Shown here: positions 7,979-18,401 of the stretch, in pieces
Layout: every line of letters begins with the position of its first letter
Position numbering within the stretch: the stretch's first letter is position 1
Assembly (NCBI GenBank): GCA_046290465.1
Contig: JBKAGP010000001.1
Coordinates: 4,960,001-5,024,000 of the forward strand
DNA length: 64,000 nt
Source: Planctomycetota bacterium
Lineage (GTDB): Bacteria > Planctomycetota > UBA1135 > UBA2386
Direction of reading: 5' to 3'
Program-made: the position numbers and the translations under genes
The notes under the pieces: generated by a model
What the model was told of the DNA's origin: nothing
Databases searched by the model: none
Seen by the model: the letters and a program-made list of their open reading frames with translations, nothing else

Positions 7979-9703
7979 CTACCAGCGAAAGCGCGACACC
8001 ATCTTGTCGTCGTCGCAATAGGTGGCGCTGGCCATGCCGCTGATGCCGAGCTGCTTCATCTCGGCGGTCAGCGCCTTGGCCATCTGCGCGAACATCTCGC
8101 CCTGCTCGCCGAGTTCGCCGCTCGCGGCGAAGATGCCCACCATCGCCTCCAGGCTCTCGCCGACCGGCGTCACGGCGACGCTGTTCCATCCCTTGGGGAA
8201 CGCGGCGAAGCGCTGCTGCAGGCCGGCGGGCAGTCCCTGGCGGCCGGCGGCGCGGGTGTCGAGCACGCTGCGCAGCGTGGCGCGCGCGCCCGGCTCGACG
8301 CCGATCAGCAGCAGGTCGTCGAGCACCGCGTATTCGACCTCGACCAGGCCGGCGAGCTTCATGCGGTAGACCTTGGTGCCGGCGTGCTCCTCGGACTTGC
8401 GCCCGACGTGCAGGCCGCGCGAGCGCAGTGCGGTGTCCAGCGACGCGCCGAACGCCTTGCCGTCCAGCAGCGACAGCCCGAACACGGTGCCGTTCAGCAT
8501 CGCCGCCGGGTTGTCCTCGAGGTCGTCGAAGTCGGCGTCCTCGAGCACGTTCGGCTGCTGCACCATCAGCATCTCCTTGCCGACCATGGCGAGCAGGTCA
8601 TCCTTGAGGTGGACCTTGGTCGCGTTCTGGAAGCCGTCGAGCATGTCGTCGAAGGTGAGCGGCGTGAAGTCCTCCATCGAGGTCCAGACGTCGGCGACGG
8701 TGTTGTAGAGCGCCATCAGGTCGAACGACGAGACCGAGAACGACTCGGACGCTGCCGGCACCGCGCCGAGCAGCCGCGGCCGTGCGCTGCTGCGCGGATA
8801 CATGTCGAGCATGCCGCGGCCGGTCTTGCCCATGCCGAACTCCATCACGCCGGCGATGGCCGTGCCGTCGGGCTGCAGCGTCAGCGTCAGGTCGCGCAGG
8901 GCGCCGATGCCGATCATGTCCATCAGGTCGCCGGGATCGACCGGGCCGCCGCCGTTGTCGGCGGCCATCATGGCCTTCATCGCCTTGCCGAGGTCGGCGT
9001 GCAGGTACAGCGGCGCGGCGCCCATCGCGCCGGCGAAGCGGTCGGTGCGCGCGAGCAGCTGCTTCGCGTCCTTGGCGAGCGAAGTGCCGCCGATCATGAC
9101 CAGGCTGCCGTCGATCATCGTCGGCAGCGCCGCATCCGGCTCGTCGCCGCCGTTGTCGGTGCGTCGCAGGGTCAGGTCGCCGACGACCAGGTCGACCAGC
9201 TGCTGGTCGGCCGGCTTGGTCTTGTCGACCATGCTGGCGAACTCCTTGGCGACGGCGGCGAGGTCGAACGAGCCGTCGGAGGTCAGCGCGATCACGAACG
9301 ACAGCGGCGGCACTTCGCCGTAGTCCATCGCGTCGACGAAGTGGTCCCAGTCCATCTGCAGCGAGACGATCAGGTCGCCGCGCCACTCGTTGAGCAGGCC
9401 GTCGACGAGCTTGGCGTCGAACACGCCCTGGTCGCGCAGCTGCTGCAGGCCGAGGTCGAGGCGCTGGGTCGCCATCTGCATCAGCGGCGCCAGCGTCGCG
9501 CCGTTCATCAGCTTGCTGGCCTGGGTCTTGGCGAACCGTTCGCGCCACTTGGTGGGCGAAGCGACCCGCAGCACGACGGCCGAGTCGCGCGGGACGAATC
9601 GGTTGGACGGCTGGGTCGCCTGGGTAGTCGATTGGGCCGGAAGGACGGAGAGGGTGGCCAGCGCGGCGAGCGCGGCGGCCGGGAGGATGCGATGGTTGGA
9701 CAT
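7979..9703 (-). CDS. Secreted hypothetical protein (possibly DUF3352-like)
   Basis: Signal peptide MSNHRILPAAALAALATLSVLPAQ; long ORF with genome-typical codon usage. Confidence 0.65.
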   Translation of the reverse strand: MSNHRILPAAALAALATLSVLPAQSTTQATQPSNRFVPRDSAVVLRVASPTKWRERFAKTQASKLMNGATLAPLMQMATQRLDLGLQQLRDQGVFDAKLVDGLLNEWRGDLIVSLQMDWDHFVDAMDYGEVPPLSFVIALTSDGSFDLAAVAKEFASMVDKTKPADQQLVDLVVGDLTLRRTDNGGDEPDAALPTMIDGSLVMIGGTSLAKDAKQLLARTDRFAGAMGAAPLYLHADLGKAMKAMMAADNGGGPVDPGDLMDMIGIGALRDLTLTLQPDGTAIAGVMEFGMGKTGRGMLDMYPRSSARPRLLGAVPAASESFSVSSFDLMALYNTVADVWTSMEDFTPLTFDDMLDGFQNATKVHLKDDLLAMVGKEMLMVQQPNVLEDADFDDLEDNPAAMLNGTVFGLSLLDGKAFGASLDTALRSRGLHVGRKSEEHAGTKVYRMKLAGLVEVEYAVLDDLLLIGVEPGARATLRSVLDTRAAGRQGLPAGLQQRFAAFPKGWNSVAVTPVGESLEAMVGIFAASGELGEQGEMFAQMAKALTAEMKQLGISGMASATYCDDDKMVSRFRW

Positions 9704-9854
9704 GGTGGTGGCCCCGGATGGCGGGTGCGGGCCGCCGGTGGCCGAGCCGGGCGGGATCCTGTCGCGAATCCTCGGTGGCAGGGTGGCGAGGTCCGTCAGG
9801 AGGTCTCCACAAAACGTCGGAACCGGTCGGTTCCGGGCACGTTCGCCGCCCGCC

Positions 9855-10928
9855 ATGAAGATGCTCGCCGCGCTGGTCGCCCTCTCGTCCGCCCTGGTGC
9901 CCGCTGCGGCGCAGGCCCCGCAGCTGACGTCGGTCGATCGCTACGCCGACGGATCCTGCGGGGGCGTGCTCGTCGACGCCGCCGCCAGCACCGCGTTCTG
10001 CATCGAGGTCACCCGGCACCGCGCGGAGCTGTGGCTCGACGCGCGGCACGAAGGGGCCGACGGGGCGCGGCGGGTCGCGCCCGGCAGCGACGAGGAGCAG
10101 GCGTTCTTGCGGCGCCTGCAGCAGTGGGGCAAGGCCGCGTTCGACGACGAGCTGCGCGCCCGCATCGAAGCGGCCGACGACGTGCACCATCGCGGCCAGG
10201 GCTGGTCGTTCGCGTCGTTCGACCGCTACAAGGAGGCGGCGGTGCTCAACCGCCTCGCGCTCTATCGCCGCATCCACGCGGCGACGATCACCGACGTGAT
10301 CCGGGGGCGCGGCACGGTGCGGTTGTCGCTCAAGGTGCGTGACGGGCTGGGTGCTGCGCGGTTGGTGACGTTCCGTCGCCTGGAGCAGACCACGCTGCGC
10401 ATGCACTTCGGGGACGCGCAGCAGCCGGTCGCCTACGACTCGGTCGACGAACGGTTCGTGCTGCAGGCGATGCGGGCCTACACCGAGAAGAACATCCCGG
10501 CGCGCGGGCTCGAGTTGCTGTGGCAGGGGGCCAAGCTGTGGCCGATGGGGGCCTCGCGCGACGCGATGGCGGTGTTCGCGGTGCTGAAGGAGTACTGCTG
10601 GCAGAGCTCGCCGCGGCTGGCCAACGCGTTCTACGTCAAGGACGGCGGCTCGACGATCTACGCGCTCGTCGACATGCGCAGCCGCGCCTACGAGGTCAAG
10701 TTCGACAAGGCGATCGGATCGACGACGATCGGTCGGATGTACGAACGTCAGGGCAAGGACGAGTGGCAGCTGGTGGCGTTGGGCAGCGATCGCGAGGCCG
10801 AACTGCTGGCGGGCTTCCGCTCGCTGCTCGCGCGCATCGGCGAGCGCGACCGGCCGATGCTGGCCGGCTGGCTCGAGCGCTACGCGAAGCTGCAGGCCGA
10901 GGCCAAGATCAAGGGGAAGCGGAGCTGA
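9855..10928 (+). CDS. Secreted hypothetical protein with three internal repeats
   Basis: Signal peptide ending AAAQA; motif VAxxSxxE occurs three times. Confidence 0.7.
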   Translation: MKMLAALVALSSALVPAAAQAPQLTSVDRYADGSCGGVLVDAAASTAFCIEVTRHRAELWLDARHEGADGARRVAPGSDEEQAFLRRLQQWGKAAFDDELRARIEAADDVHHRGQGWSFASFDRYKEAAVLNRLALYRRIHAATITDVIRGRGTVRLSLKVRDGLGAARLVTFRRLEQTTLRMHFGDAQQPVAYDSVDERFVLQAMRAYTEKNIPARGLELLWQGAKLWPMGASRDAMAVFAVLKEYCWQSSPRLANAFYVKDGGSTIYALVDMRSRAYEVKFDKAIGSTTIGRMYERQGKDEWQLVALGSDREAELLAGFRSLLARIGERDRPMLAGWLERYAKLQAEAKIKGKRS

Positions 10929-12111
10929 TCCGTTGTAGCGCGTCGGCGACGTCGCTGCGCCGGCGGCGCGCATCGCGGTCGACGTGCAGCACGAACTCGA
11001 CGTTGCGCGGCTGCGGCGACGGTCGTGTCGGGCTGGTCCGGTAGCGCTTGTAGCTGCGCTGGAACGTGCGCACGGCGCCGTGCTCGCCGGCGATCGCGAC
11101 CAGCCGTTCGAGCGGCACCATGCCGTCGGTGCTGTAGCTGATCAGCAGGTGGCGGGCCGGCATCGTCGCGACCGCCTGCGCAAACGCGTCGGCCGCCAGG
11201 CGGCGGTCGTTGAACGCGCTGCGGCGCTGCTTCCAGTCGGGTCGGATCGCCGCCTTGAAGCCGCGTTCGGTCGGCGGCGGCAGCTCGGGGCGATCCCACA
11301 GCACCAACGAGTTGAGCACGTGGTAGTTGCTCGCGTAGGGGTGCTGGTTGTAGGGCGGGTCGAGGTAGGCGACGTCGGCCGGCGCGTCGAGCACGTCGCC
11401 GACCGTCGCCGCGTCGACGTCGAGCACGCGGTGCCGACGGCCGTTGTCGAGGAACTGCAGCGGTTGCAGTTCGAGGTCGGCCAGGATCCGGTGCAGCGCG
11501 GTGCCGTTGGCGCCGCCCCAGCCGGCGTGGAAGCCCTTGAACACGCCGCTGGTGTTGGCGAGCCAGCACGCCTGGTAGAGCAGCGGGGTCAGCAGGCACG
11601 CTGCCGCCGGGCCGTCGCAGCTGCCGTCCTCGGTCCACCGCTGGATCTGCGCGCGGATCGCGTCGATGCGGCGGCCGGTCGCGCGCCGGTAGAACATGCG
11701 TTCGCGCGCGGGGTCGGGCGCGTCGTCGTCGGCGGGGCACAGCGTGCGCGTGACCCAGTCGTCGATGCCGTCGAGCGCCGCCAGCGTTGCCAGCGCCTGC
11801 CGGTAGCCGCCGAGGCGCGGCAGCGGCGGCGGCTCCGGGCACGCGATCGCCGCCGTGTTGACGACCCGCGCGTACGGTTCCCAGTCGTTGCTGACGACCG
11901 CGAAGCCGCGCTGCTTGGCGAACCGCGACACCACCCCGCTGCCGGCGAACGCGTCGACGAACGTCGCGCGAGTCGGCGCGACGCCGGTCGCATCGAGCGC
12001 CGCGCCGATCAGGTCGAGCAGGTTCCGCTTGTTGCCGAGGTACGGCAACAGCTGGTGGAACACGAACTCGTCGGTCGAGCGCGCGGCGTGCTGTCCGTGG
12101 CGGTAGCGCAA
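10909..12111 (-). CDS. DNA N6-adenine methyltransferase (D12/Dam-like class), no adjacent restriction enzyme
   Basis: PYLGNK, DAFAGSG (SAM motif I), ND, YLDPPY (motif IV), ISYS. Confidence 0.88.
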   Translation of the reverse strand: MRYRHGQHAARSTDEFVFHQLLPYLGNKRNLLDLIGAALDATGVAPTRATFVDAFAGSGVVSRFAKQRGFAVVSNDWEPYARVVNTAAIACPEPPPLPRLGGYRQALATLAALDGIDDWVTRTLCPADDDAPDPARERMFYRRATGRRIDAIRAQIQRWTEDGSCDGPAAACLLTPLLYQACWLANTSGVFKGFHAGWGGANGTALHRILADLELQPLQFLDNGRRHRVLDVDAATVGDVLDAPADVAYLDPPYNQHPYASNYHVLNSLVLWDRPELPPPTERGFKAAIRPDWKQRRSAFNDRRLAADAFAQAVATMPARHLLISYSTDGMVPLERLVAIAGEHGAVRTFQRSYKRYRTSPTRPSPQPRNVEFVLHVDRDARRRRSDVADALQRISSASP

Positions 12112-12121
12112 GGAGGCGCGG

Positions 12122-12661
12122 CTACTGCGGCCAGTTCAGGCCGTCCGGGAGCTCCGGCCGTTCGACCTGCCACAGGCCGTCGGCGACCAGCACCAGGCTG
12201 CCGTGTTCGTTCTTGGTCATCTTGCCGCGCACCTTCATCAGGTCGAGCAGCCGCGTGTCGGGCAGGCCGGCGGTCTCGACTGGCGTGCCGTCGGGGCCGC
12301 GGAACTCGACCAGCAGTTCGTGCTCACGATGCGCCTCGGCCGTGTCGCAGCAGTAGTCCCACGGCGTCTTGCAGCCCTCGGCGTGCACCTCGCCGCAGTA
12401 CTTCAGCTCCGTGTCCATCAGCTTGACGATGGCGAAGCCCTTGGTGATGTCCTGGATGCGTCCCTGCACGACCAGCGTCGCGTCGCCGGGGCCCTTGTCC
12501 TTGGCTTCGAGCACGGTGATCGCAGCGCCGGGGTCGGCCGCCAGCGCGAACGCGGCGCCTGCGTCGGCTGTGGGGGTCGGTTGCGGCTCGGTCGGCGCGT
12601 CGCCACCGCACGCGGCCAGCAGGGACAGGACGGAAAGGAACAGGAATCGCTTCGGGATCAT
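12122..12661 (-). CDS. Cys-rich lipoprotein at the end of the efflux operon
   Basis: Lipobox LLAAC; YCGEVHAEGCKTPWDYCCD motif; OB-fold-like beta pattern; ATGA overlap with the permease. Confidence 0.75.
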   Translation of the reverse strand: MIPKRFLFLSVLSLLAACGGDAPTEPQPTPTADAGAAFALAADPGAAITVLEAKDKGPGDATLVVQGRIQDITKGFAIVKLMDTELKYCGEVHAEGCKTPWDYCCDTAEAHREHELLVEFRGPDGTPVETAGLPDTRLLDLMKVRGKMTKNEHGSLVLVADGLWQVERPELPDGLNWPQ

Positions 12662-13809
12662 GTGCGGCCTCCGATGGCCTCTACCAGGGGGATGCGAACG
12701 GCCCGGACGGCTGGCACGATGCCGCCGAGCAGGCCGGATGCCAAGGCCGCGCCCAATCCGGCGGCGCGGCTGTAGATGTCTGCCTCGAGCAGCAGCGCTC
12801 CCATCGGGTAGCGCAGCGAGACGGCGCCGATGCCGAGCGCGACCAGCGTGCCGATGGCACCGCCGAGGAACGCGACCAGCAGCGACTCCTGCACCAGGCC
12901 GATCGCGACCCGCGCCGGCGAGTAGCCGAGCGCACGCAGCGTCGCTAGTTCGCGCGTTCGTGCGAGCACGGCGGCGAACATGGTGTTGGCGCACGCGAAC
13001 GCACCGGCGACCACGGCCATGATCGCCATCCAGCGCGCCAGCGCCGCGATCGGAGTCAGGCTGCTGGCGAGCTCGCGCATCAGCACCGGTTCGGGCACGG
13101 CGTCGACCTCGAGGTCGACGCGGCGCGCGGCGAACAGGCGCACGCCCTTCTCGAGTTCGCGGGCGCGGTCGCGGTCGGCCAGCTTGAGCACGACGCACGA
13201 CACGTCCTCGCGTTTGGTCGCGAGCATGATGTCGGCCAGCCGGCCCCAGATCTCGGCCTCGTAGACGGTGCCGGGCGCGGCGAAGTGGCCGACGATGGTG
13301 AACGGCTGGCGCTCGACCGGGAACGTGCGGCCGATCGCGACGTCGTCGGCGGTCAGGCCCATGCGCGCCGCGGCCAGCGCGCCGACCATGATCTCGTTGG
13401 GGCCGCGCGGCTCGCGGCCGGCGACGACGGTGACCTGGTCGTGCACCAGGTAGGCGGCTTCGGTGACGCCGCGCAGCAGCCCGACCTGGTTGCCGTTGCG
13501 GGTAGCGATGTGCAGTTCGACCGACGCGGCGCGGCGGCCGTCGACCTCGAGCACGCCCGGTGCCGAGGCGGCGGCGACCTCGGCGTGGCCACGGCCGACG
13601 ACCGAGCGGACCAGGTCGACCTCGGCGGACGAGCCGAGCAGGTAGACGACGTCGTGCCGTTCGTTGCCGATCGCGGCCTGGTGCATGCCGTCGGCGAACG
13701 CGCTCATCGCGACGACCAGCAGCGTCGTCGCCGCGATGCCGCCGACGGTCACGACGGTGCGCACGCGTCGACGCAGCAGGTTGCGCAGCAGGTATCCGAG
13801 CGGCAGCAT
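12658..13809 (-). CDS. ABC transporter permease (MacB/FtsX family)
   Basis: RNLLRRRVRT N-terminus, periplasmic domain, NTMFAAVLARTRELATLRALG. Confidence 0.9.
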   Translation of the reverse strand: MLPLGYLLRNLLRRRVRTVVTVGGIAATTLLVVAMSAFADGMHQAAIGNERHDVVYLLGSSAEVDLVRSVVGRGHAEVAAASAPGVLEVDGRRAASVELHIATRNGNQVGLLRGVTEAAYLVHDQVTVVAGREPRGPNEIMVGALAAARMGLTADDVAIGRTFPVERQPFTIVGHFAAPGTVYEAEIWGRLADIMLATKREDVSCVVLKLADRDRARELEKGVRLFAARRVDLEVDAVPEPVLMRELASSLTPIAALARWMAIMAVVAGAFACANTMFAAVLARTRELATLRALGYSPARVAIGLVQESLLVAFLGGAIGTLVALGIGAVSLRYPMGALLLEADIYSRAAGLGAALASGLLGGIVPAVRAVRIPLVEAIGGRT

Positions 13810-14951
13810 CAGTCGGCCTTCACGCTGAGGGACAGGGGCCGGCGGGCGACGGCGAATGCCGGCGGGATCGACGCGACGATGCCGACGACCAGGGCGGCCA
13901 GCAGCGACTGCGCCACCATGCGCCCGCTCGGAGCGAGGTCGATGCCGTGGCCTTCGACGCCGAGCGTGATCGGCCAGATGGTCAGCAGCAGCCAGACGAT
14001 GCCGGTGCCGAGCACGCCGCCGACCAGGCCGAGGCCGATGCCTTCGCCGGCGATCAGCGCCATCAGCATGCGCTTCTGCATGCCGACGGTCTCGAGTACG
14101 CCCATCTCGCCGATGCGCGACTCCGCGCTGATGAACACCGTGTTGGCGACGACCAGCGCGACGACCAGCACGCCGAGGTAGCCGAGCCAGCGCGCGAAGT
14201 CGACGACCTCGGTGATCTCGGCGATCGCCGCGGCGACGAACGCCTGCATGCCCTTGGTGTCGGTGCGGGCCTCGTCGGTGCGGAAGTGCTCGTCGATCCG
14301 GGCAGCGATCTCCTCCGGGTCGGCGTCGGGGGCGACCTTGACCAGGAACTGCGTCGCCGCGCCCTGGCGCTTGCGGGCCAGGCTCAGCTGGTCCAACGGG
14401 ATGAACGCGAGGTTGCCGACCGCGGCGGTATCGCTGCGCACGATGCCGCTGACGTACACGTCGACCTCGCCGAGCTGCACGCGTTCGCCGACCCGGATCT
14501 GGCGGCGCTCGGCCAGCCGTTCGCCGACCAGGGCGCCGTCGCTGCGACCCTTCCAGTCGGCGATGCTGCCTGCGATCTCCTCGAGGTCGTAGAGCGCTTC
14601 GAGCTGGTCGTGGGGCACGCCGTGCAGCGTCACCAGGTCGAGGTTCGACCGGCACGAGTTGATGAACACCAACGTCGTCAGCACGTCCTGCACGCCGTCG
14701 ATCTTGCGGATGTCGCGCTCGTAGCGGACCGGCAGCTCGCTGGTCAACGGGCAGAAGCGGCTGTCCTGGAACACCACCAGCACCGGCCGCGAAGTGCGCT
14801 CGGCGAGGTCCTGCACGCCGCCGTCGACGGTGCGCACGAACGCGAACAGCATCATCGCCAAGGTGCCGCCGAGCACGGTCAGCAGGCTGCGCATGCGCGC
14901 GCGGAACGCGGTGCGCACCACGTAGGGGAAGAACGCGAGCAGTTCACGCAT
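13809..14951 (-). CDS. ABC transporter permease (MacB/FtsX family)
   Basis: [29 protein letters not shown], 4-TM layout. Confidence 0.9.
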   Translation of the reverse strand: MRELLAFFPYVVRTAFRARMRSLLTVLGGTLAMMLFAFVRTVDGGVQDLAERTSRPVLVVFQDSRFCPLTSELPVRYERDIRKIDGVQDVLTTLVFINSCRSNLDLVTLHGVPHDQLEALYDLEEIAGSIADWKGRSDGALVGERLAERRQIRVGERVQLGEVDVYVSGIVRSDTAAVGNLAFIPLDQLSLARKRQGAATQFLVKVAPDADPEEIAARIDEHFRTDEARTDTKGMQAFVAAAIAEITEVVDFARWLGYLGVLVVALVVANTVFISAESRIGEMGVLETVGMQKRMLMALIAGEGIGLGLVGGVLGTGIVWLLLTIWPITLGVEGHGIDLAPSGRMVAQSLLAALVVGIVASIPPAFAVARRPLSLSVKAD

Positions 14952-15630
14952 GGGCGGCCTCCGTGACGATCTTGCCCTTGTCGAGGTGCACGATGCGGTC
15001 GGCCTTCCTGGCCGCCAGCGGGTCGTGCGTCACCATCACCAGCGTCTTGCCGAACTCGTCGACCAGCCGCCGCAGCAGCGTCATCGTCGCGGTCGCGGAC
15101 TCGCGATCGAGGTTGCCGGTCGGCTCGTCGGCGAACATCACCACCGGGTCGGTCACGATGGCGCGCGCGATCGCGACGCGCTGCTGCTGGCCGCCCGACA
15201 TCTGACGCGGCAGGTGGTGGGCGCGCTCGGTCAGGCCGACCGCGGCGAGCGCGGTCGCGATGCGCTTGCTGCGCTCGGCCTTGCTCATCTTGAGCAGCAG
15301 CAGCGGCACTTCGACGTTCTCGAACGCGGTCAGCACCGGGATCAGGTTGTACTGCTGGAACACGTAGCCGACGGCGCGCGTGCGCCAGCGCGCGAGCTGG
15401 CTCGGCGCCATCTCGTGCACCCGTTCACCGTCGACGACGACGGTGCCGTCGGTCGGTCGATCGATGCCGGCCAGCATGTGCAGCAGCGTGGTCTTGCCGC
15501 TGCCGGACGGTCCCATCAGGCAGACGAACTCGCCCCGCTCGACGTCGAAGTCGAGGTCGGCGACCGGGGTGACCGACTCGGCGCCGGACGAGAACGTCTT
15601 GGTGACGTTGCGCAGTTCGATCAGGCTCAT
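14944..15630 (-). CDS. ABC transporter ATP-binding protein (MacB/LolD-like)
   Basis: Walker A GPSGSGKT, signature MSGGQQQR, Walker [15 protein letters not shown]. Confidence 0.95.
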   Translation of the reverse strand: MSLIELRNVTKTFSSGAESVTPVADLDFDVERGEFVCLMGPSGSGKTTLLHMLAGIDRPTDGTVVVDGERVHEMAPSQLARWRTRAVGYVFQQYNLIPVLTAFENVEVPLLLLKMSKAERSKRIATALAAVGLTERAHHLPRQMSGGQQQRVAIARAIVTDPVVMFADEPTGNLDRESATATMTLLRRLVDEFGKTLVMVTHDPLAARKADRIVHLDKGKIVTEAAHA

Positions 15631-17111
15631 CGTCGGGCCTCCTGGACGGCCTCGCCGTCGGTCACGTCGTCGAGCACGACGCGTTGGGTGGGGGACAGCG
15701 GGCCGCGCACGATCGCGTCGTCGCCGCGTTCGCCGGCGGCCTGCACGGCGACCGCGCGCACGCGCTTCGTCGCGGGGTCGTAGACGAACACCTGGCCGCC
15801 GCGGACCGCCGCCTTCGGCACGCGGAATGCCGCGATCGTGCGACCGGCGGCCTGCTCGGTGCCGCCCTCGGGCGCCAAGAAGCGGGCCCGGCAGAGGGTC
15901 TCGGGGCGCAGCAGCGCCGGCGGGTCCTCGAGGCCGATCTTGACCTGCAGCGTGTTCTTCAACATGTCGGTCTCGTGTTGCAGCCGCTGCACGACGCCGT
16001 GCACGACCGTGTCGCCGGTCGCCTCCGAGGTGACCTCGACACGTTGGCCCGCGTGGATGCCGGCGAGCGAGTCGAGCGGCACGTCGATGCGGGCACGCAG
16101 CTTCTTCGGGTCGTAGATCGCGACGACGCCGGTTGCGCCGTGGCCGACCATGTCGCCCGGCTCGGCCTCGAGGCGCATGACGATGCCCCCGACCGGAGAA
16201 CGCACCGTGGCCCAGTCGAGTTCGCGCTCGGCGATCGTGTGCTCGGTGCGCGCCTTGGCGAGCATCGCCTCGGCCTTCTGCACGTCGGCCGTGGCCTGCG
16301 CGACGCCACCGCGAAGGTCGACCGGGTCGGCGGCGAGCTGCTTGCACAGCTCGAGCGCGTCGCGCTGCGTAGAGAGCTCGGTGCGCAGGCCGTCGAGCTG
16401 GCGTTGCTTGGACTGCACCCGCGCGGTGGCGGCGTCGGCGTCGGCGCGCGCGCGCTCGAGGGCGACCGGGTAGCTCTGGCCGGCCTCGGCCAGCCGGAGC
16501 TGTGCCTTGACCGTGGCGGCGGCGCTGGCCGCTTCGGCGCTGGCCTGCCGCAGCTCCTCCTCGACGGTCGCTTCGCGAGTGGCGACGGCGGCGATGCGGT
16601 TGTGGGCCTCGACGACGCGCAGCTCGTTGTCGGCGTTCTGTCGCAAGCGTTCCTGTGCGAGCCGCAGGTCGGCGTTGGCGCGGGCCAGCCCGGCCTCGGC
16701 CTCGCGCACCGTCGCGACGGCGCGGTCGCGGGCGGCCTGCAGGTCGGCGCTCGCCAGCTGCGCGATGACGGTCTCGTCGGCGATGATCTCGGCTCCCTCG
16801 AGCACCGCGAGCGTCTCGATGTGGCCGCTGACGAGCGGCCGCACGATGTACGGGAACGGATCGGCCTCGACCCAGCCGACGGCTTCGGTCGTCGCCCGCG
16901 AGGACGCGACCTGCACCCCGTCGGTGACCGCGGTGATGCCGGCCATGCGCACGGCGCGCGGCGGCAGCAGCAGCGGCACGACGAACGTCGCGGCGACGGC
17001 GAGCGCCAGCACGAGGACGCCGCCGACGAACAGCCGCGGGCCGAGCGGTCGCTTCGGCACGGCGGCCTGCGACTCGTCGATGCGCAGGGCAGACAGGTCG
17101 ACGTTGCTCAT
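15627..17111 (-). CDS. Efflux membrane fusion protein (periplasmic adaptor, long coiled coil)
   Basis: N-terminal TM, VRPLVSGHI lipoyl half, long helical hairpin, VRSPVGG, LLRPETL. Confidence 0.9.
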   Translation of the reverse strand: MSNVDLSALRIDESQAAVPKRPLGPRLFVGGVLVLALAVAATFVVPLLLPPRAVRMAGITAVTDGVQVASSRATTEAVGWVEADPFPYIVRPLVSGHIETLAVLEGAEIIADETVIAQLASADLQAARDRAVATVREAEAGLARANADLRLAQERLRQNADNELRVVEAHNRIAAVATREATVEEELRQASAEAASAAATVKAQLRLAEAGQSYPVALERARADADAATARVQSKQRQLDGLRTELSTQRDALELCKQLAADPVDLRGGVAQATADVQKAEAMLAKARTEHTIAERELDWATVRSPVGGIVMRLEAEPGDMVGHGATGVVAIYDPKKLRARIDVPLDSLAGIHAGQRVEVTSEATGDTVVHGVVQRLQHETDMLKNTLQVKIGLEDPPALLRPETLCRARFLAPEGGTEQAAGRTIAAFRVPKAAVRGGQVFVYDPATKRVRAVAVQAAGERGDDAIVRGPLSPTQRVVLDDVTDGEAVQEARR

Positions 17112-18316
17112 CGGGCTTGCTCCTCGGTCTCGGGCACGCGCGGCCAGCCGTGTGCGGTGGCGAAGCGCACCGTTGCGACGGCGTGGGCGGACGAAGCGCG
17201 GCGGTGCTCGGCGATCGCCTGCAGGTATTCGGACGCGGCCCGCGCGAACGGCTGGAACGCATCTGGCTCGACCTCGAGCGCGGCGCGCGCCGCGTCGAAC
17301 GCGGTCTGCCTGGCGGTCAGCGCGCTGCGCGCGGCGTCCCGGTTGGCGGCGGCCGTCTGCAGCTCGTCGCGCGCGACGCTCGCCTCGCGGCGCGCCTCGA
17401 GCAGCGCGTCCTCGACGTCGTGGCGGGCGGCTTCGCGGCGGTCGCGCGCAGCGGCCGCCAGGCCGTGCATCGCGAACGGGATGTTGAGCATGCCCATGGC
17501 GCGCAGCGGGTCGCCGCGCAGCGAGACGTTGGGGCCGATCTGGAACGACGGATACTGGTCGGTGACCGCCTTGCGGAAGTCGCGATCGGCGACCTCGAAG
17601 CGGGCCACGGCGAGCGCCAGGTCGGGGCGTGCCAGCAGCTCGCGATCGTCGCCGCGGACCTCCACGCTGGGCTCGTCGGTCTGCACGTCGAGTGCCGCGG
17701 TGGCGGGCAGGCCGAGCAGGTGCCGCAGTCGCGCGAGCTGGTCGCGGCCAAGGCGCGCCAGCTCCAGCCGTTCGCTGCGGGCGCGGGCCGTGGCGGCGCG
17801 CAGCATGGCGGCCGCGACCGGACTCGCCAGGCCGCTGCGCTCGAACGCGGCGACGTCGAGGTCCAGCTCGGGTGTCGGCAGCGTGGTCGCGACGTGGTGC
17901 AGGGCGAACGCCTCGGCGAGCTCGCCGAGCGCGCGCCACCGGGCGACGGCGAGCTGCGTGGCGGCTTCGACGGCGCGCGCTTCGGCGGCTTCGATCGCGG
18001 CGCCGCGCGGGCCGAACCCGAGCAGCGCGATCGGGTCGAGCATCACGCCGACGGCCTCGTTGCGGCCGCGCCATTCCCCCGTCGCGGGCAGCGGCACGGT
18101 GCGCGCGGCGCCGGCCGCGCGAGCGCGCGCCTCGGCCGCGCGCAGCTCGGGGTGCTGGCGCAGGGTCCGCAGCACGGCGGCGTCGAACGTGAAGCTGCCG
18201 CCTTCGCGCGCCGCGACCTCGGCGGCGATGGTGGCGACGTCGGCGGCGTCGCTCTGGTAGGCGACGCAGCCGAGTGGCAGCAGGAAAACCAGGATGGAGA
18301 ACGGGCGTGCCGACAT
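17108..18316 (-). CDS. TolC-family outer-membrane efflux lipoprotein
   Basis: Lipobox-like PLGC; HPELRAAEAR, RPDLALA, QYPSFQIG motifs; ATGA overlap with MFP. Confidence 0.78.
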   Translation of the reverse strand: MSARPFSILVFLLPLGCVAYQSDAADVATIAAEVAAREGGSFTFDAAVLRTLRQHPELRAAEARARAAGAARTVPLPATGEWRGRNEAVGVMLDPIALLGFGPRGAAIEAAEARAVEAATQLAVARWRALGELAEAFALHHVATTLPTPELDLDVAAFERSGLASPVAAAMLRAATARARSERLELARLGRDQLARLRHLLGLPATAALDVQTDEPSVEVRGDDRELLARPDLALAVARFEVADRDFRKAVTDQYPSFQIGPNVSLRGDPLRAMGMLNIPFAMHGLAAAARDRREAARHDVEDALLEARREASVARDELQTAAANRDAARSALTARQTAFDAARAALEVEPDAFQPFARAASEYLQAIAEHRRASSAHAVATVRFATAHGWPRVPETEEQAR

Positions 18317-18348
18317 GGCGGTGCGGGATCGGGCGAACGGAGCGGTCC

Positions 18349-18386
18349 GTCGACGGTCCGGCACGCGAGCGCGTCCGGTCGTCGAC
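18349..18386. promoter_or_regulatory. Imperfect stem-loop between the Cys-rich leader stop and the TolC start
   Basis: gtcgacg-gtccgg-cacgc ... gcgt-ccgg-tcgtcgac inverted repeat. Confidence 0.4.
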
Positions 18387-18401
18387 TCGGATCGCGGCTC
18401 G

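Noticed and set aside
10909..12111. Complete restriction-modification or defence island
   Set aside because: No recognisable restriction endonuclease, specificity subunit, integrase or other defence gene adjacent.
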